Source of the DNA: an uncultured Acidobacteriota bacterium
GTDB lineage: Bacteria > Acidobacteriota > UBA6911
Reading direction: 5' to 3'
NCBI GenBank assembly: GCA_963809485.1
Contig: CAWEJX010000020.1
Location: 576,001-640,000 of the forward strand
Length of the DNA: 64,000 bases
Position numbers and translations under genes: made by a program. The first letter of the stretch is position 1. Every line of letters begins with the position of its first letter. Positions 27,850 through 36,890 of this stretch are shown one piece after another. The notes beneath the pieces were generated by a model. It saw nothing but the letters and a program-made list of their open reading frames with translations. It did no database searches and was not told the origin of the DNA.

Positions 27850-29781
27850 ATGGCCATGACAACCAGAAGACAGACTTACCGCAACCTGAAACCTCTCCAC
27901 GAAGCCCAGGAGATATTCTTCTCCCGTTTCAGAAATCTGCTCATGGAACCGGAAACCGTCCCGGTACGCCAGGCGCTGGGCCGCCTCCTGGTGGGCCCGG
28001 TCAAAGCTGCGAGATCGGTCCCCGCGTACAATGCCTCCGCGGTGGACGGCATGGCGGTCCGCGCGTCGGCAACTTTCTCGGCATTTCCCGAAACCCCGGT
28101 ATTGCTGTCTGCAGGCAGGGATGCCATCCAGGTCAATACGGGCGATCCACTCCCCGAGCAGACCGACGCAGTCGTAATGATCGAGAAAGTTGAGCTTTCG
28201 GATGACCGCTGCGAAATTCGTGAGTCGGTATATCCCTGGCAGAATGTTCGCAAGACAGGGGAGGATATCGTCAAAGGCGAAATCCTTCTCCCGGCCTATC
28301 ACCGCATACGTTCCTACGACCAGGGAGCGCTGCTCGCTGCAGGGATCCAGTCCGTCGAGGTATTTCGAAAACCCCGTGTGCTTATCATTCCTACGGGAGA
28401 TGAGATCGTGCCGCCGGAAGAAATCCGAGATCCTGTGCCGCCCGGAACCATCCTTGAAGTCAATGGCCAGGTCCTGGCGTCCATGGTTTCGGAATGCGGC
28501 GCAGAAGCGACCTTGGCCAAACCTGTACCCGATGACCTTGAAACGATCAAGCATGCGGTGACCTCCGGATATGCTGCCGGTTACGACGTCATCCTGACCA
28601 TTGCCGGTTCCTCCGCGGGTTCTGAAGATTTTACCCCGACGGCGTTTTCACAACTGGGTGAGTTGCTCGTCCACGGAGTCACCGTGATGCCCGGCAAACC
28701 AACCCTGCTGGCCGCAGTTCAGAACCGGCCGGCTGTGGGCATACCGGGGTATCCGGTTTCCGCCGTAATATCTTTCCGCGAATTTGTGCAGCCGCTGCTT
28801 TATCAAATGCAGGGATCGCCGGCTCCCGATCCCGAAAAAATCGACGCCTATATGGGCCGGAAGCTGCCGTCCAAACCCGGGCTTGAGGAGCATGTTCGCG
28901 TCATTCTGGGCAAGGTCCGGGATCGTGTCGTCGCCATTCCCCTTGCCGGCGGTGCGGGAATGATGACTTCACTCGTGCGCGCCGACGGCATTCTGAGGGT
29001 CACCCCGGAAATCAGCGGCTATTCCGAAGGCGAGCCGGTATCTGTGGAGCTGCTTACGCCCAGAAAGGCGCTCAACAGCAGGCTTCTGGCCATCGGTTCC
29101 CACGACCTCACGGTGGACCTGTTGGGCAGCCTGATCAAGGAAAAGTCCGAAGGCAGGATTACAATTTCATCCAGTAATGTCGGGAGCATGGGTGGGCTGC
29201 TCGCAATCGAGCGGGGAATCGCTCATCTGGCGGGCTCTCATTTACTGGATACGGAAACCGGCGACTACAATCGATCCTATTTAAAGCTTTATGTGAAGCA
29301 CACTCCCGTCAAACTGGTGACACTCGTCCACCGCTGGCAGGGATTCATGATCGCCAAGGGGAATCCCAAGGGGATTCAGGGTATCAGGGATCTCCTCCGG
29401 CCCGATATCTCTTTTATTAACCGTCAGGCGGGCTCCGGGACGCGCATCCTTCTCGATTACGAATTGCAGAAAGCAGCAATGGATTCGTCCGCCATCGCCG
29501 GATACAGGAGCGAGGAGTACACGCACATGAGCGTGGCGATGGCCGTTACATCGGGGCGGGCGGACGTCGGGCTCGGGATCCTGGCGGCCGCGAAGGCTTT
29601 GGATCTCGACTTCATTCCCGTCTCTCGCGAGCGCTACGATCTGGTCATTCCCGCGGACCTGTTTCAGGATGAACGCATCTCGCTGCTGCTGGAAATTGTC
29701 CGCTCCTCCGGCTTCATGGAGCAGGTGGTGGCGCTGGGCGGGTATGAAGTGGAGGAAACGGGCAAAATCCAGCCGCTGTAA
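27850..29781 (+). CDS. moeA: MoeA fused to a PBP-like molybdate/tungstate-binding domain
   Basis: MoeA motifs ('SAVDGMAV', 'PTGDE', 'MPGKP', 'PGYPVS') plus C-terminal 'GSHDL...GSMGGL...NRQAGSGTR'. Confidence 0.9.
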   Translation: MAMTTRRQTYRNLKPLHEAQEIFFSRFRNLLMEPETVPVRQALGRLLVGPVKAARSVPAYNASAVDGMAVRASATFSAFPETPVLLSAGRDAIQVNTGDPLPEQTDAVVMIEKVELSDDRCEIRESVYPWQNVRKTGEDIVKGEILLPAYHRIRSYDQGALLAAGIQSVEVFRKPRVLIIPTGDEIVPPEEIRDPVPPGTILEVNGQVLASMVSECGAEATLAKPVPDDLETIKHAVTSGYAAGYDVILTIAGSSAGSEDFTPTAFSQLGELLVHGVTVMPGKPTLLAAVQNRPAVGIPGYPVSAVISFREFVQPLLYQMQGSPAPDPEKIDAYMGRKLPSKPGLEEHVRVILGKVRDRVVAIPLAGGAGMMTSLVRADGILRVTPEISGYSEGEPVSVELLTPRKALNSRLLAIGSHDLTVDLLGSLIKEKSEGRITISSSNVGSMGGLLAIERGIAHLAGSHLLDTETGDYNRSYLKLYVKHTPVKLVTLVHRWQGFMIAKGNPKGIQGIRDLLRPDISFINRQAGSGTRILLDYELQKAAMDSSAIAGYRSEEYTHMSVAMAVTSGRADVGLGILAAAKALDLDFIPVSRERYDLVIPADLFQDERISLLLEIVRSSGFMEQVVALGGYEVEETGKIQPL

Positions 29782-29801
29782 AAAGCACTCCTTGAGGATC
29801 A

Positions 29802-29898
29802 GTTCGTCAGCGCTTTTATCAGCGTTTCTCAGCGTTTCAAAATACGGAGCGGTCAAACTCTTTGAGTCCCCCGGCAGAGCCGGGGGTTTACCATTGTA
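29802..29898 (-). mobile_element. Partial palindromic element, copy 5 (left end only)
   Basis: gtcagcgcttttatcagcg...gagtcccccggcagagccgggggtttaccattgta; flank TAAT. Confidence 0.8.
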
Positions 29899-29941
29899 AT
29901 TATTTCACGATCAGGATTCGTGTCCGCTGTCTTGCCGTCCG

Positions 29942-31102
29942 TTACGGCAGGTTGAGGTGGAGCGTGTAAGTGTATCCGGGCCCGCCGCTTTCATAAAAGT
30001 CAAACACCATTACATAATAGATGCCGTCCGCAGGCAACTGCATCCGAATAAAGGAATCGTCCTGCGGGTAAAGCCCCGGCGCCAGACCGTTCTGATCGTT
30101 GTAGGCCAGATAGCCCACCTGTTGATGGTTCCTGTCGAAAACGCCCAGCACCGGATCCAGGGAGGAATCGGTTCCCTGGGTGTCACAGATTATCGAAATG
30201 ATGTGGTCCTTTTTGCCGTTAAAATAAAAGATGTCCACGTCCCCGGGAACTCCGATCTTTCCTTTAACAATCTGGGATCCCCGGATTAATTGAGCGCTCA
30301 GGTCATAATCGTTCGACTCTTCTTCCTCGATGGCCGTACCGCTCAATACGAAGGGGCCTATAATTGGGCCGCCGTCCGAGGTAATACCGCCGAAGGCCTG
30401 CAGGTCCTGTCGAAAGGCCTGCACTCCAACACCGAGAGGGCTCGAGATGCTGATGCTTCCTGTGAAATTGTCCAGGCCGGGGAACATCCCGGCTTCATGA
30501 AGGTAGGCAGCGAAGTGTTCGCCGGATCTCAGCGGTATTGTGGCAGTGGCACGAATGCTTCCATCGGGATTGATCAGGCTGGCGATCAGGGTTTCAGAGG
30601 TATTATTGTATGCCGCGGGATTGACAACGGCGAGAGAAGTGAGGATTTCCTTGGCTGAATTGATTTCCACCGGAAAAGAAAAGTGTTCGCCCTGCTCCTG
30701 CTGGGGCACTCCCACTTTGGTTGACACAACCCCTCCGCTCTCAAAGCGAAACAGCTGTGAACCGCGAACCGGGCTATAAAAATACGGATAAGTGACCAAG
30801 GCGTAGCCGGTCACCAGGCCGCTGTCGGGAGTGACCTTTATTACCTCTGTGGCGCCGGCGTTCAGGTCGAAAGTATAGCTGGATCCTTTGCCCAGGTTGG
30901 ATTCAACGGAGAGGGCCGCCCCGTTGTTGTCAAAAAAATCGACCCGAATCCCCGACACAATGGAAATACCCTGGTTGGCGAAAAAATATTCGGAAGACCA
31001 TCCCCCGCCTGAAGCAAACTGAGGAAAGACCGCACGGCGCTGCGCAAAGCCAGGCGCAACCAAAGACATGATCAGCAACGTCATCACACAAAATCTTTGC
31101 AT
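29942..31102 (-). CDS. Secreted protein with C-terminal PPC (pre-peptidase C-terminal) domain
   Basis: Signal peptide, 'FPQFASGGGW', 'EEESND', 'GDVDIFYF', 'LDPVL...NDQ...DS.I...LPADG.YY'. Confidence 0.7.
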   Translation of the reverse strand: MQRFCVMTLLIMSLVAPGFAQRRAVFPQFASGGGWSSEYFFANQGISIVSGIRVDFFDNNGAALSVESNLGKGSSYTFDLNAGATEVIKVTPDSGLVTGYALVTYPYFYSPVRGSQLFRFESGGVVSTKVGVPQQEQGEHFSFPVEINSAKEILTSLAVVNPAAYNNTSETLIASLINPDGSIRATATIPLRSGEHFAAYLHEAGMFPGLDNFTGSISISSPLGVGVQAFRQDLQAFGGITSDGGPIIGPFVLSGTAIEEEESNDYDLSAQLIRGSQIVKGKIGVPGDVDIFYFNGKKDHIISIICDTQGTDSSLDPVLGVFDRNHQQVGYLAYNDQNGLAPGLYPQDDSFIRMQLPADGIYYVMVFDFYESGGPGYTYTLHLNLP

Positions 31103-31329
31103 TTCACATCCCTTCCGTTATCCCCGCGCAGCCGGAATTCATTCGTAGGAAGAACCGGCCGGCGGCCGTTGTCCCGGACGCCGGGAGAGCGGCGCAGCGC
31201 AGCAACGAAGCCGCTACCGCCATAATTGTTGCACGGCATCATCCTGTATCTCCAGTTTTGGTTCAGCTTCTGTATAAGGAGATGCATCGGGGAGCGGGAC
31301 AGGTTCAAATAAAGGTCTTTATGGATGCG

Positions 31330-32358
31330 TTATTTCAGGGTTTCAAACACCGACAGTTTTCGGAGTTGGGCCATTCTTTCAAAGAAGGGGATAGCCCTCC
31401 ACGCGGTGTGGGTGCTTATGAGGAAACTGCCCAGAGCGACGGGGAGCAGCGGCCGCGCGGCGGGGCAATTCAGGCAGGATTTATAGCTTTGCAGATTACC
31501 CTGAATGTGCGCTTCCCTCAAGCGCACCATTCTGTCCGAATTCCATACCTCTTTCAGGGTGCTTCTTCTCAGGTTTCCTATAGCCTCCTCCGGATAGGTG
31601 TAGCAGCATGGAAATACGGTGCCGTCGTAATGAATGTACATCGGCCCGCGCCAGAGCAGATAGCAGGGGCGATGCATCCGCGGCCGGTTCAGATTGTCGC
31701 CCGGGATGGCGCTGCCTTCATTGTGGACTTCGTCCTTTTTGATGCGGACCTCGTCGATGCCTTCCCTGCTCCACATGCGGACCAGCGCCTGACGCTCTTT
31801 GCGGTTTTCTTTCAGCGCCACCATCTGCACGATGCAGAAGATTTTTGACCTCATCGCTTTCTTGACACGGAGGAAAGCGAGGATATTGCCGCGCACAGCG
31901 TCGAAATCAGCCCCCTTTCGGTAAGTTTCAAAAATCTCCCTGCTGGCGCCGTCGAAGGCGAAAACAATGTAGCTCAGTCCCGCTTCAATCAGCCTGCGGC
32001 TGAAATCTTCGGACAGGATTGTGGCATTCGTCGAAATACCGGTGGGGATGCCCGATCGGGCGCAAAGCGCGATCATGTCGAAAATTTCAGGGTTCAGAAG
32101 CGGTTCGCCCACGCCGTAGGGGACCGCGAACTCCAAAAACTCTTTGCTTTCCCCGATGATCTTCCGGAAAAGGGAAAAATCCATATTGCGTGGAGGAAAG
32201 TAGACGCGTTCGCGCAGACACATCGGGCAGAACAGATTGCACTTCGCCGTGCTCTCGATGGTCAGGGTCAGTGGGCCGCCCGGCACGTGAGATTTTTGGG
32301 CGAGATAGCTTCTCAACAGGGTCAGCCGGTTACGTCTTTTTTCACGCTGGTTCTTCAA
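31330..32358 (-). CDS. Radical SAM protein with SPASM/twitch domain
   Basis: CNLFCPMC, 'GEPLLNP', 'STNA', 'DG.VFPCC', 'IGNL...EVWN', 'CLNC'. Confidence 0.9.
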   Translation of the reverse strand: MKNQREKRRNRLTLLRSYLAQKSHVPGGPLTLTIESTAKCNLFCPMCLRERVYFPPRNMDFSLFRKIIGESKEFLEFAVPYGVGEPLLNPEIFDMIALCARSGIPTGISTNATILSEDFSRRLIEAGLSYIVFAFDGASREIFETYRKGADFDAVRGNILAFLRVKKAMRSKIFCIVQMVALKENRKERQALVRMWSREGIDEVRIKKDEVHNEGSAIPGDNLNRPRMHRPCYLLWRGPMYIHYDGTVFPCCYTYPEEAIGNLRRSTLKEVWNSDRMVRLREAHIQGNLQSYKSCLNCPAARPLLPVALGSFLISTHTAWRAIPFFERMAQLRKLSVFETLK

Positions 32359-32733
32359 GCTTTAGACCTCAGAGGCGCATCCGATACTTTTAAAGTCGAT
32401 GTTTGTCAGCGCTTTTTTCGGCGTCTGCCTGCGTTGATTGATTCCGAAACGGTCCATTGCCGAATATTCCCAGGCAAAGCTGGGAGATCGCCTATGCCTT
32501 TCACTCCCATGCGCCATTTGCCAGACGCCGACCTCCTGCCGCAACCTGGAATTGTACCACCTCTGACGACGGTTCATGAGGCTTAGGCCGCTTTCCCTGC
32601 GGGTTTTTACGGGAGGCGGAGTTTCCCGGCATCAAGTGTGTGCGGAACAATCGATTTGCCTGTTAGCAGTTTGATTCGAAATCCACTAAGATATCGACGG
32701 GCCATTGAGGCAGGACGCAAAGGAGTATCCGCG

Positions 32734-34260
32734 GTGGGACGCAAAGTCATTTTGGTTTATCCCAATGCCGGGCAGGACGTAATGGGAATCAACGTCGGCC
32801 TGCCGCTGTCAGTGATCTGCCTGGGTACCGCCCTGAGGCACTCCGGATATGAAGTCGCCATCCTCGATGAACGTGTCCTCAAAGAATTCGATCCGGCTCT
32901 CAAAGAGGCCATGGATTCGACGCCTCTGTTCGTTGGAATTTCCTCCATGACCGGGTACCAGATACACCATGGTATCCGTATCGCCCGGAAGGTCCGCGAC
33001 CTGAATCCTCGCATCCCGATCGTGTGGGGCGGCGTCCATCCGACCATCCACCCCGATTCCACCATCAGGCACGCCCTGGTGGATGCGGTGGTTATCGGCG
33101 AAGGCGAAGAGACGGCCGTCGAGCTTGCGCGTTCGCTGGAGAGCGGCGGCAATCTGCGGGATGTGCGCGGCATCGTTTTCAAGGATGCCGGGAAGATTAT
33201 CCATACCCCCGTAAGACAGCCCCTGGAACTGGACACACTGCCCGAACCGGACTACGCGCTGGTCGATGCGAGCAATTACTATACCGTCGGCCACATCTCG
33301 CGGACCCGTCAGCTGCAGATTGTCACCAGCCGCGGCTGCCCGTTCCATTGCGGTTACTGCTACCTGCTGCTGCCCGAATTGCGCGGCTACCGGACCCTCT
33401 CGGCGCGGCGAGTTTATGACAGAATCCGCTATCTCAGGGAGAAATACGGCGTTCGATCAATTTTTTTCTATGACGACTACTTTTTCGGAAACCGCGCGCG
33501 CGTTCTGGAGCTTGTCGAGCTGATTGAAAAAGATCCCCTGGGCGTTCAGTTCGAGGTGAGCTGCCGCATCGATTTTCTTATCCGCGAAAGCGACGAATTC
33601 CTGGCGCGGCTGCGGGACGCGGGCTTCACGGAGCTCCTGATCGGCGTGGAATCAGGATCAGACCGCATCCTGAAGATGATCCGCAAGGGCTTTACAAAGG
33701 CTCAAATTCTTGAAGCCAACCGAAAACTGGCGAAGGCCGGAATCAGCTCAAAACTAAGCTGGATGGCGGGATTCCCTGCCGAAACCGAAGAAGACTTTTA
33801 TGAAACAGTAGACCTGATGCTGCAGCTTGCGCGCGAAAATCCTCTTTGCAGCCTCACGCCTCTCGGCATTTACACCCCGTACCCGGGCACCGAATTATAT
33901 GAAAGGTGCAAAAACACCTTCGGGACGGTTTTCCCGGACAGTCTTGACGGCTGGGCCGATTATCAGTGGCAAAAGAATAACAATTCCTTTCTCAGCCGGT
34001 GTGATTCCAGGTTATTGACCCGGCTGAATATTGCCTCGCGGTTCTTTGATCCGAAGCTTTTCCAGCGATTCGGCCAGAAGCGATTCAAATACCTGATTAT
34101 GGCCCTGTACTACACCTACGGATCGCTGATCCGTCTGCGCGTAAAACTGCGCAATTTCCGGCTGATGCCCGAGATTGAGGTTCTGAACTGGCTGCAAAAC
34201 TATTACATCAACTCCACTCATAAAAAGTACCAGAAGATGCAGAAGAATGCCGCAGGTTAA
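32734..34260 (+). CDS. Cobalamin-binding (class B) radical SAM protein
   Basis: B12-binding N-terminus ('VGISSMT', 'WGGVHPT', 'GEGE'), 'TSRGCPFHCGYC', 'GVESGS', 'TPYPGT'; GTG start with AGGAG RBS. Confidence 0.9.
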   Translation: MGRKVILVYPNAGQDVMGINVGLPLSVICLGTALRHSGYEVAILDERVLKEFDPALKEAMDSTPLFVGISSMTGYQIHHGIRIARKVRDLNPRIPIVWGGVHPTIHPDSTIRHALVDAVVIGEGEETAVELARSLESGGNLRDVRGIVFKDAGKIIHTPVRQPLELDTLPEPDYALVDASNYYTVGHISRTRQLQIVTSRGCPFHCGYCYLLLPELRGYRTLSARRVYDRIRYLREKYGVRSIFFYDDYFFGNRARVLELVELIEKDPLGVQFEVSCRIDFLIRESDEFLARLRDAGFTELLIGVESGSDRILKMIRKGFTKAQILEANRKLAKAGISSKLSWMAGFPAETEEDFYETVDLMLQLARENPLCSLTPLGIYTPYPGTELYERCKNTFGTVFPDSLDGWADYQWQKNNNSFLSRCDSRLLTRLNIASRFFDPKLFQRFGQKRFKYLIMALYYTYGSLIRLRVKLRNFRLMPEIEVLNWLQNYYINSTHKKYQKMQKNAAG

Positions 34261-34415
34261 GGGTCCCGGTCCCAGACCTGCAACCTGCGGCTTGCGAGCC
34301 GCGTCGACGCAGGTTGCGAGCGGGACATGCGGATGGCCCGGCTCAAATGCTCGCGGAAACTCCCCGGTTTTTGTATAATCACCTTTCTGTTTCAGTTTCC
34401 ATGCAAGGGAGACCC

Positions 34416-36827
34416 ATGCCCCCTTCGAAGACGAAGTCCCCCAATCCGAAGCCGAGCCGGAAATCCGGCCAGAAAAAAGCATGGAAGCTGGCCCTGCTGC
34501 TGCTTCTCATCCCTTTAATTGCCGCCGCCGCATTCCTGATACGTTATTACTACGTTTTCAATGCAATCATTGAAACGAAGATGCAGGAGTCCAGTTACCT
34601 GGCTGAGACCAGGATTTATGCCGCCCCGCTGGTCCTTTATCCCGGGAAGGCCATGAATTGCTCCGACCTGGAAAACAAAGTCCGGAGGCTGGGCTACGAG
34701 CAGAACCGTAACAATGCAGGAATGCCCTATTACGAGCGTTCCAGCCGTGACCGCCTGCTGATTCACAATGATGCATCGGTACCGGATGCTCCCAACAGTA
34801 AGGCGGAAATCCTGTGCACGGATAGGGCCCTCCGTTCCATCAGGGACCTGGCGACGGGGAGGGAGCTGGGAGAATTTCCGCTGAGACCGGAGCTGCTCAG
34901 CAATGCCATTGACAAAAACAGGGAAAAGCGCCGCTATGTCTCCTACCAGGAAATTCCCAAGGTTCTGGTCAACGCCGTACTCGCGGCCGAGGACAGGCGG
35001 TTTTTCAGCCACAGCGGAATCGACCCCATACGCATTTTCAAAGCGCTGCTCATAGGGGTTCGGGAGGGTGAAGCCACCCAGGGCGCCAGCACCCTGACCC
35101 AGCAGTTTGTAAAAAATTATTTCCTGACCCCGGAACGCACCTGGAAGCGAAAGCTGACGGATGCTTACATGGCGATCCTGCTTGAACAGCGTCTCTCCAA
35201 GACAAAGATTTTCGAGCTCTACAGCAACGAGGTGTACCTGGGACAGATGGGCTCGTTCAGCATCATGGGATTCGGCAAGGCGGCCGACGCTTTTTTCAAC
35301 AAAAGCATCCGGGACCTGACGCTGGCCGAGGCGGCTACTCTTGCCGGCATGATCACGGCGCCCAACCGCAACACACCCCTGCGCTACAAAGAGCGGGCTA
35401 CGATGCGGCGCAACATGGTTCTGGACAGCATGGCCGAGCTTCGGATGATTTCTCCGGCAGAACGCGATGAGGCCAAATCCCAGCCCGTGACCGTCGAAAA
35501 GACCTCAATCCTGAATTACTCGGACGCTCCCTATTTTGTGGACTACGTCCAGGACCTGCTCGTAAAAACCTACGGAGACACCGCGCTGGCCCGCTCCAAA
35601 TACCGGGTTTACACGACGCTCGATATGGATCTGCAGCAGGCGGGATTCGAGTCCATGCAGGCCGGGCTGGCCGAACTGGACGCCCATTTTGCCAAAAGCA
35701 AACAGCCGGCTGAGCCGGGATCCGTGCAAGCGAGCCTGATCGCGGTGGACCCCAAAAACGGGCGCATCCTGGCCATGATCGGCGGGAGGAACTACGGCGT
35801 CAGCCAGTTCAACCGCATTACACAGTCCAAGCGGCAGCCGGGAAGCATATTCAAGCCTTTCGTGTACGCCGCCGCTCTGGAAACCGCCTACAGCAGTTCC
35901 ACCCCGCTGACGGCAGCTTCGCTGGTGCTCGATCAGCCCACGCAATTCACCTTTGAAGACCTCGAATATGCGCCCAAGAATTACAAAGAGGAGTACGCGG
36001 GGCAAGTCACCCTGCGTCAGGCGATCACCCGGTCGCTGAATATCGCCACCATCAAGCTGGCTGAAAAGATCGGCTACGGCAAAGTCGCCGAAATGGCCCG
36101 AAGGCTCGGCCTGAATGAACAAATCAAACCCTATCCTGCCATGGCCATCGGCAGCTTTGAAATAACGCCTCTTGAAATGGTGCGGGCTTACACTGCTTTT
36201 GCCAATGGAGGATTGATCAACGAATTGACCCCGATCCTCAAAATCCACGACGGCACCGGCAACACGGTATATCTCGCACAACCCAAAACCGAACAGGTAT
36301 TGACGCCGCAAATCGCCTTCCTGGTCACTTCCCTGCTCGAATCCGTGGTGAATTACGGCACCGGTGCGGGGGTCCGTTCGCGCGGATTCACGCTTCCCGC
36401 CGCAGGAAAAACCGGGACCTCCCATGATGGCTGGTTTGCCGGCTATACGCCGGACCTGCTCTGTATCGTCTGGGTGGGGTTTGACGACAACCGCGAATTG
36501 AACCGCTCAGGGTCCCAGTCGGCGCTGCCGATCTGGACGGCATTCATGAAAAAGGCTATCCCGCTAAAGCCTTTAAAAGGAGAGGCTTTCGTGGTGCCCG
36601 AGGATGTCCTCCAGGTAGAAATCGATCCCGCCACAGGCTTGCTGGCCGCAGAACGCAGCCTTCAGCGGGAGGAAGAGTACTTCATAAAAGGGACAGAACC
36701 TGCAATATATTCCTACGGAAACAACTACGCTCCGGGACTCGGAGGCAGCGCCCCGACAAGCATCTATGCAACCCCTTCTAAAGAAACGGCATCAGGGGCC
36801 GATAACAAAAAAGAGCCTCGTGACTGA
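34416..36827 (+). CDS. Class A penicillin-binding protein (transglycosylase/transpeptidase, PBP1A/1B-like)
   Basis: 'AAEDRRFFSHSG', 'GASTLTQQFVKN', 'RQPGSIFKPF', 'SLN', 'GKTGT'. Confidence 0.93.
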   Translation: MPPSKTKSPNPKPSRKSGQKKAWKLALLLLLIPLIAAAAFLIRYYYVFNAIIETKMQESSYLAETRIYAAPLVLYPGKAMNCSDLENKVRRLGYEQNRNNAGMPYYERSSRDRLLIHNDASVPDAPNSKAEILCTDRALRSIRDLATGRELGEFPLRPELLSNAIDKNREKRRYVSYQEIPKVLVNAVLAAEDRRFFSHSGIDPIRIFKALLIGVREGEATQGASTLTQQFVKNYFLTPERTWKRKLTDAYMAILLEQRLSKTKIFELYSNEVYLGQMGSFSIMGFGKAADAFFNKSIRDLTLAEAATLAGMITAPNRNTPLRYKERATMRRNMVLDSMAELRMISPAERDEAKSQPVTVEKTSILNYSDAPYFVDYVQDLLVKTYGDTALARSKYRVYTTLDMDLQQAGFESMQAGLAELDAHFAKSKQPAEPGSVQASLIAVDPKNGRILAMIGGRNYGVSQFNRITQSKRQPGSIFKPFVYAAALETAYSSSTPLTAASLVLDQPTQFTFEDLEYAPKNYKEEYAGQVTLRQAITRSLNIATIKLAEKIGYGKVAEMARRLGLNEQIKPYPAMAIGSFEITPLEMVRAYTAFANGGLINELTPILKIHDGTGNTVYLAQPKTEQVLTPQIAFLVTSLLESVVNYGTGAGVRSRGFTLPAAGKTGTSHDGWFAGYTPDLLCIVWVGFDDNRELNRSGSQSALPIWTAFMKKAIPLKPLKGEAFVVPEDVLQVEIDPATGLLAAERSLQREEEYFIKGTEPAIYSYGNNYAPGLGGSAPTSIYATPSKETASGADNKKEPRD

Positions 36828-36890
36828 GATTCACCGGTAGCGGGGTGCGTGGGTGTTCTGCGCAACAGAGCAAAGAGAAAAAAAGCTCTT

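Noticed and set aside
32362-32577. 71-aa ORF as RiPP precursor for the radical SAM pair
   Set aside because: No clear RBS, overlaps a repeat fragment and the divergent promoter region, and has no precursor-like composition
32712-32746. GGGACGCAAAG resembling a c-di-GMP-I riboswitch
   Set aside because: It is the RBS and first codons of the B12 radical SAM gene; the GCAAAC/GAAA P2 elements are absent
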